Assembly (NCBI RefSeq): GCF_006345805.1 | Contig: NW_021832062.1 | Coordinates: 1 to 29,632, forward strand | Length of the DNA: 29,632 nt | Origin: Octopus sinensis | Taxonomy: Eukaryota | Direction of reading: 5' to 3' | Shown here: one piece after another, positions 23,028-29,632 of the stretch | Numbering within the stretch: position 1 is the stretch's first letter | Layout: each line of letters begins with the position of its first letter | Translations under genes and position numbers: made by a program | The notes under the pieces: generated by a model | What the model saw: only the letters and a program-made list of their open reading frames with translations | Told to the model about the DNA's origin: nothing | Databases searched by the model: none

Positions 23028-23406
23028 GCATCCACCATGGGTCATCACAATTGCTTAAGGTAAAAATGAATTCCTCGCTCTTTCGGAAACATCAATCTTC
23101 TGTATTGACCGCTTTCCACCACTTTGATCTGTTTTTTGTATTGAATACGTATCGCCACCGTGGGCCACTGCATCGAACACTTTGAACATATACTTCAAAC
23201 TATATATCAACTATACATGAACTCTAAGATGTCTGACTCCGTTGTGTATTATAAATGAATTCTTGTGATTGACGGCATGAGCTGTCTCTTTTTATATATA
23301 ACTTTTTTTGATAAAGTTCATTTCAGGAACTGAAACATGTTATAAATGTATATAAAAATTAAAAATTGTATAATACAGCAGCATTTTCGAACTTCATTTT
23401 TTACAA

Positions 23407-23439
<33 letters not shown>

Positions 23440-23536
23440 ATTTCAACAATTGAGGGTAAAATTAATTAATTATTAATCAATTTCACCAAGTATTCAGTAT
23501 GCAAAGGGACCATTTAAGGCGAATTCAAATTATTAC

Positions 23537-23852
23537 ATTATATAAAAGGGCTTAGTAAAATAAATTACTTTGCCGCATACTGAACTCATTAGAAATAGTA
23601 GCTAAAAAAACTTTTTTAAAACTATTTCTAATACTTAAAGAAAACCTCTCTCATATAGTGTTTGCTCAATTCAACTCACGAAACTTTCATACTTTCAACC
23701 CCCACACTTTCGTGAGTTGAATTGAGCAAACACTATATGAGAGAGGTTTTCTTAAGTATTAGAAATAGTTTTAAAAAAGTTTTTTAGCTACTATTTCTAA
23801 TGAGTTCAGTATGCGGCAAAGTAATTTATTTTACTAAGCCCTTTTATATAAT
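23537..23852. repeat. Long inverted repeat: arms 23537-23683 and 23708-23852, 24-bp spacer
   Basis: The arms are reverse complements apart from two 1-nt homopolymer length differences. Confidence 0.95.
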
Positions 23853-23853
23853 A

Positions 23854-23953
<100 letters not shown>

Positions 23954-24596
23954 TATGTGTTTATATATATATATATATATACACCTGGCAATGTTAGTCA
24001 AATCAGAATTTGGACACCATGTCCCACCCAAGTAGAGAGTTATAGTTTACAGAGACATATCTTGGTAAATTTTAAATCAATAAGGCTTGGCTGACCCCTC
24101 ACTGATCCTTTGCACCCTATTGACATGATCCAGAGACAAGCCAGGACAAGCTATCAAGTGCCAATGTGGGTCACAGTCTGAATGTGGGGGTATTATGGTC
24201 CCATGCGCAATCTGTTGTGTCTGGGGAGGGTCATTCTCTTTTAGTACCTTATTATTTAACACACTCACCGGTAAAATTTCCACTCATTTCTTATTTTTAT
24301 TTTCCTAAAATTTTCGTTGCGTCTTGCAACCTTTTCAATAGTTTTGACTCTGTCCCTTATTTACACTGCGTTCCCTTTTGTTTGTTTGTGCGCATGTGTG
24401 TGGGTCAGTGTGTGTGTGTGTGTGTGTGTGGTGTGTGTGTGTGCCTATACATGTACGTATGTATGTGTGTGCATCTGTATGTACGTATCCTGCATGTTTA
24501 TGTGCTTGCCCGTCCGTGTTTGTGTATTTCCTATGTATGCGTGTGTGAGCGTGTGTTTGTATATGTATGCACCTCTGTCTCCTTGTGTGTGCATAT

Positions 24597-24633
<37 letters not shown>

Positions 24634-24957
24634 GTAACTATGTACCATGTTTGTATGTATGGATGTGCATCTTTATATGTGTGGATCCGTGTCTCCATAT
24701 GTGTCTGTTCTTGTAACCTATGTACCTATCCGTCTGAAATGGTTTTTAAAGAAATATTTCCAGGGTTTTCAAATGCAAAGAACACTTTCCCCTTTTCTCT
24801 GCGACTCTGTCTCTCTTTTTTGAACTGTTGTGGGTTGTAGAGGCGTGTTTGAAGTTACACAGTATAAACATGGACATCTTCCAAACTCAAACGCACACAC
24901 GCATGCTCACACATACACATACACACGCACTCACACATTTTAAAAAATATTTTTCTT

Positions 24958-25394
24958 GATTCTGTCGTTTCGCTGCGGCCATGCTGGGGCAGCGCCTTGA
25001 AGAATTTTCGTCGATAGAATTGACACCATTGATAATTCATATTTCTTGTTCATCCTGGGACTTATTCTATCCATCTATTTCGTTGAACTTCTCAGTCACA
25101 GGTACATAAATATACCAAAACAGGCTGTCAAACGGTTTGGGGGACAAACACAGACACACAAATAAATGTTGCTTCCATCCACGAAATCGTGGCCTGAACA
25201 GGTAAATAGCTTCACGAGTGTTTCTCCCCCGGCACAAAACCAAACTGCATCTCATCAAGGCTGACTCTCTTCCACTCACAAGATTTTGCTCAGCCCATGG
25301 CTATATCAGAAGACATTTGTCCAAGGTGCCATGCAGTGGGACTGAAACCAAGACCACAGAGTTGCGAAGCTAGATTCTTAACCACGTTGCTATG
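24958..25394 (-). mobile_element. Degenerate tRNA-derived SINE (same family as 20793-21257)
   Basis: Minus head catagcaacgtggttaag...ggtttcagtcccactgcatggcaccttggacaaatgtcttc; 3' end ggcgctgccccagcatggccgcag. Confidence 0.75.
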
Positions 25395-27321
25395 ACTACC
25401 ATTGCTGAAAATGAATTTCAGAGACAAATTTATAGAACAATTTTATAAAATTCTTCCCTTTACAGGTTAAAGGGTTTTATTCTTACCATATTCATAACGA
25501 GAGATAGACGAAAGGAATTTTTCATGGGGACTTTATCATTAAATTCTAAAACTGGAAATAAGCTGAACGGGATTCCAGATATTCCTCATTACCATGAAAT
25601 GTGGATCATAAAAATAACAAAGACATTATGAAAATGATATTGAAGCAGAGAGAAATTCCCAAAGTATAATGAGTTACAGAAAGGATGGTTTTCACAGCGA
25701 AATTTTGTCTTCTAAAAAACGAAAGTTATAAGACATAGATTTTGCAGAAGAATTTAAAGAACAAATATTTTGTTTTAAAAAAAATTAAAATCTCAATAAA
25801 GGGAGAGAACTGAAAAACTCGTAATGATAATACGTACAAAGGGAAACCACTGCGAAAAGAAAATGTGGAAAAAGTCGAGGCCTTTTGACTCCTTTCACCC
25901 GCAAAAGGCAACAGTTGACTCTTCTCAGTTGAGGGGATTTGTGTGTGTGTGTGTAAGTGTATGGGTGTGTTTGTATGTATATACATATAAATACATTTTC
26001 CTGCATTTAAATATATCTTCCCATGATGAAAGCTGCAAAGATTTGAGCGATACCGAATTATATACATTTGGAAAATGATAGAGCAAAAGGTGCCAAACGT
26101 TGGTATCAAAACCTACCACTCACTGCGCCACAGAAGACGCTGCCAGCTACCACCAATCAACAAAAAGGCTGGCCAGGCAGCAAAAACCCTGCGAGAGTCA
26201 AGTCTGTTGGTTCGAGGAGCACAACTGTTCAACTCCATTCCGGTACATGTCAGAAATCTATCAGGATGCAGTGTGGAATCATTCAAATGGCAGCTGGATA
26301 GATACTTAAGCACCATTAGAGATGAACCCCATCTCCCAGGATATACACAACGAGCACAAACTGACTCAAACTCGCTCCTACACATGTCAAAATTAAACAG
26401 AGAATCCAACCTGGCACCACACCAGACTCTGAGGGTGGAGTCTTCGACTTGGCCTGAGCATGGACTCAAACCCAAATGAAATGAAATGAAATGAAATGTC
26501 TAAAATATGTATAGGAATAATCCTTCATTTCTAAGGATTTCTGTACCCTTGAAACGGCCGTTGAAGTATCACCACCTAAGTATTTAAACTGGAGTACCTC
26601 CATCTAATTATTGCAAACTCCAACCTCCATGCTTAAAACATCCATTTATTCACTTTCTCGCAAGTATTTTCACTTTTATTTTTCCATATTCCTTAACAAC
26701 ACCTTTCATCTTTAAGTAGGACAATGTTTTCTATGTATACCTTAATATATATTTCTATAGTTCAATATAGTTTTTCTCTCCCATACATGTATATTATGTT
26801 TTTATATATTTATGTATCTGTAAATTTGTTATATCTTTTAAGATTTTAATGAGTGATAGATTGAATATATTTTTAAAATTTGCATACGTCAGGTTTTGTA
26901 GCTGATTATACGTGTATTTAAATATAATATAATATATATATATATATATATTGTATACCTTAATATCCAAGGTGCCATGCAGTGGGACTGAAACCAAGAC
27001 CACAGAGTTGCGAAGCTAGATTCTTAACCACGTTGCTATGACTACCATTGCTGAAAATGAATTTCAGAGACAAATTTATAGAACAATTTTATAAAATTCT
27101 TCCCTTTACAGGTTAAAGAGATTTCTCCTTACCATATTCATAACGAGAGATAGACGAAAGGAATTTTTCATGGGGACTTTATCATTAAATTCTAAAACTG
27201 GAGAAATAAGCTGAACGGGATTCCAAGATATTCATCATTACACCATGAAATGTGGATCATAAAAATAACAAAGACATTATGAAAATGTCAATTAAGCAGA
27301 GAGAAATTCCAAAAGTATAAT
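25320..27321. repeat. ~350-bp direct repeat pair (25320-25670 and 26966-27321)
   Basis: Both run tccaaggtgccatgcagtggg...aaagtataat, 1646 bp apart; includes the head of the minus-strand SINE. Confidence 0.92.
26045..26498 (+). mobile_element. CR1-group LINE 3' end with (AAATG)n tail
   Basis: ERYRIIYIWKMIEQKVPNVGI...SLLVRGAQLFNSIP..VRNLSGCSVESFKWQLDRYLSTIRDEPHLPGY...SNSLLH; tail at 26474-26498. Confidence 0.85.
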
Positions 27322-27392
27322 ATATACCCAGCGTCTCAGGTTGTCACAGCGCTGCCTATATAATAGAACAAATCCATTATTTTATATATATT

Positions 27393-27520
27393 TGTGTGTG
27401 TGTCTTTGTGTCTGTGTTTGTCCATCCACCCCACTTGACCACCAGTGTTGCTGTGTTTACATCCTCATAACATAGCTGTTCCCCTCATAGAAACCGATAG
27501 AATATCTACCAGTTTTAAAG
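27393..27520 (+). mobile_element. SINE 3'-half fragment
   Basis: gtgtctttgtgtctgtgtttgtcc...cttgacc..c.gtgttgctgtgtttacatcc...aaccgatagaat matches 21050-21155. Confidence 0.65.
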
Positions 27521-27534
27521 ACAATAAAGAAATG

Positions 27535-27669
27535 AAGTTCTGGGTACGGGTTAAAATGGACAATGAGAAAATAAGCCATCTATTGTGTATGGATGACTTA
27601 AAACTCTTAGGCAAAGACAAGAATGAGCTTGAAGGCCTATTACATACCATGAAAGCATTCAGTGATGAG
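27535..27669 (+). pseudogene. R4/Dong-like (RLE-type) non-LTR RT catalytic fragment
   Basis: KISHLLCMDDLKLLGKDKNELEGLLHTMKAFSDE resembles the ISHLLYMDDLKL...FSDD motif typical of R4/Dong RTs; clade call from memory of the motif. Confidence 0.7.
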
Positions 27670-27671
27670 TA

Positions 27672-28700
27672 AGAGAGAGAGAGAGAGAGAGGAGACAGGG
27701 GAGGGAGAAGAGAGGGAGAGAGAGAGAAGAAGAGAGAGAGGGAGAGTTTATGTATGTGTGTATGTATGTGCGTATGTGTGTATGTATGTGTGTGAACGTA
27801 TGTATGTATGTATATGTGTATATGTATGTATCTGTGTATGTATTTATGTCTGCATGTATATATGTATGTATGTACATATGTGTGTATGTATGTGTGTATA
27901 TGTGTATGTATGTATGTACTGTATGTATTTATGTATGTATTTGTGTGTGTATGTATGTATGTATGTGTGTATGTATGTATGTTTGTGTGTTTGTATGTAT
28001 GTGTGTATGTATGTATGTGTGTGTACGTATGTATGTATGTATGTATATATGTGTGTATGTATGTATGTACATATGTTTGTATGTGTGTATGAATGTACGT
28101 ATGTATGTATGTGTGTATGTATTTATGTGTGTGTTTGTATGTATGTATGTATGTATGTATGTATGCATGTATGTATGTATGTATGTATGTATGTATGTAT
28201 GTATGTATTTGTGTATGTATGTACGTATGTATGTATGTATGTGTGTGTCTGCATGTATGTATGTGTGTATGTGTGTATGTATGTATGTGTGTATGTATGT
28301 ATGTATGTGTGTATGTATGTACATGTGTATGTATGAATGTATGTGTGTATGTATGTACATACATACATACACACATACATACATACATACATACATAAAT
28401 ACATACATACACACCAACATACACACATACATACATACACACATACATACATAAATACATACATACACACATACATACACATATACATACATACACACGT
28501 ATGTATGTATTTATGTCTGTATGTGTGTGTATGTATGTATGTCTGTATGTATGTATGTATGTGTGTATGTATATATGTGTGTATGTTTGTGTGTGCGTAT
28601 GTATGTATGTATGTACGTATGTGTGTATGTACATATGTATGTTTGTGTGTATGTACGTACGTGTTTATATGTACGTATTTATGTATGTGTGTATGTACTT
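27672..28700. repeat. (AG)n followed by ~1 kb degenerate (TATG)n/(TG)n microsatellite with an inverted (CATA)n block at 28357-28498
   Basis: Directly visible. Confidence 0.95.
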
Positions 28701-29632
28701 TCTCTCCCTCTGCATTTCCCTCTCTCCCATTCTCCCTCTTATTCTCTTACCCTCTCTCCCTCTGCATTTCCCTCTCTCTCATTCTCCCTCTTATTCTCTT
28801 ACCCTCTCTCCCATTCTCCCTCTTATTCTCTTACCCTCTCTCCCTCTGCATTTCCCTCTCTCTCATTCTCCCTCTTATTCTCTTACCCTCTCTCCCTCTG
28901 CATTTCCTCTCTCTCATTCTCCCTCTTATTCTCTTACCCTCTCTCCCTCTGCATTCCCTCTCTCTCATTCTCCCTCTATTCTCTTACCCTCTCTCCCATT
29001 CTCCCTCTTATTCTCTTACCCTCTCTCCCTCTGCATTTCCTCTCTCTCATTCTCCCTCTTATTCTCTTACCCTCTCTCCCTCTGCATTTCCCTCTCTCCC
29101 ATTCTCCCTCTTATTCTCTTACCCTCTCTCCCTCTGCATTTCCCTCTCTCTCATTCTCCCTCTTATTCTCTTACCCTCTCTCCCATTCTCCCTCTTATTC
29201 TCTTACCCTCTCTCCCTCTGCCTTTCCCTCTCTCCCATTCTCCCTCTTATTCTCTTACCCTCTCTCCCTCTGCATTTCTCTCTCTCTCATTCTCCCTCTT
29301 ATTCTCTTACCCTCTCTCCCTCTGCATTTCATTCTCTCTCATTCTCCTCTTATTCTCTTACCTCTCTCCCTCTGCATTTCCCTCTCTCTCATTCTCCCTC
29401 TTATTCTCTACCCTCTCTCCCTCTGCATTTCCCACTCTCCCATTCTCCCTCTTATTCTCTTACCCTCTCTCCCTCTGCATTTCCCTCTCTCTCATTCTCC
29501 CTCTTATTCTCTTACCCTCTCTCCCTCTGCATTTCCCTCTCTCTCATTCTCCCTCTTATTCTCTTACCCTCTCTCCCTCTGCATTTCCCTCTCTCTCATT
29601 CTCCCTGTTATTCTCTTACCCTCTCTCCCTCT
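28700..29632. repeat. Pyrimidine-rich ~52-bp minisatellite (runs off window end)
   Basis: Alternating A = ctctctccctctgcatttcc (20 bp) and B = ctctctc(c/t)cattctccctcttattctcttacc (32 bp) subunits. Confidence 0.95.

Noticed and set aside
23100-23300. Possible RT motif on the minus strand (VDI...FKVFDAVAH)
   Set aside because: Needs a frameshift and a stop and matches too few residues to support by eye.
26531-26565. GAAAC followed by palindrome AACGGCCGTT with upstream AAGG/CCTT stem
   Set aside because: No CUGANGA or UUGANAA core adjacent to the stem and no helix I.
27175-27215. Cadherin-like LNSKTGEIS motif
   Set aside because: Immediately followed by a stop; no DxE/LDRE or DxNDN motifs nearby.
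27465-28634. 389-aa ORF and the many other Y/I/H/T/V/C/M-rich ORFs across the window
   Set aside because: Translations of (TA)n, (CA)n and (TATG)n repeats, which lack stop codons; no protein signal.

Overview
AT-rich eukaryotic, repeat-saturated DNA. The repeat landscape resembles octopod (cephalopod) genomes; this is inferred from recognition only and was not searched. No intact host gene, RNA gene or CRISPR array is supported, and most listed ORFs are translations of (TA)n/(CA)n/(TATG)n microsatellites. The window contains: (i) two microsatellite-punctuated composite tandem arrays (about 0.75-1 kb unit at ~111-865 and ~6100-13910; about 2 kb unit at ~16540-24070); (ii) non-autonomous Helitrons, including an exact head-to-tail dimer and one copy carrying a PIF1-helicase fragment; (iii) a 5'-truncated Penelope-like element (RT thumb + GIY-YIG, one frameshift) whose 3' region contains a minimal hammerhead ribozyme with a compensatory U3-A8 core; (iv) a 2.6-kb decayed RTE LINE and RTE fragments; (v) CR1-group and R4/Dong-like RT fragments, tRNA-derived SINEs, a ~145-bp-arm inverted repeat and a terminal pyrimidine minisatellite. 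Coordinates were counted by hand; microsatellite-bounded edges are approximate. No alignments or folding programs were run.
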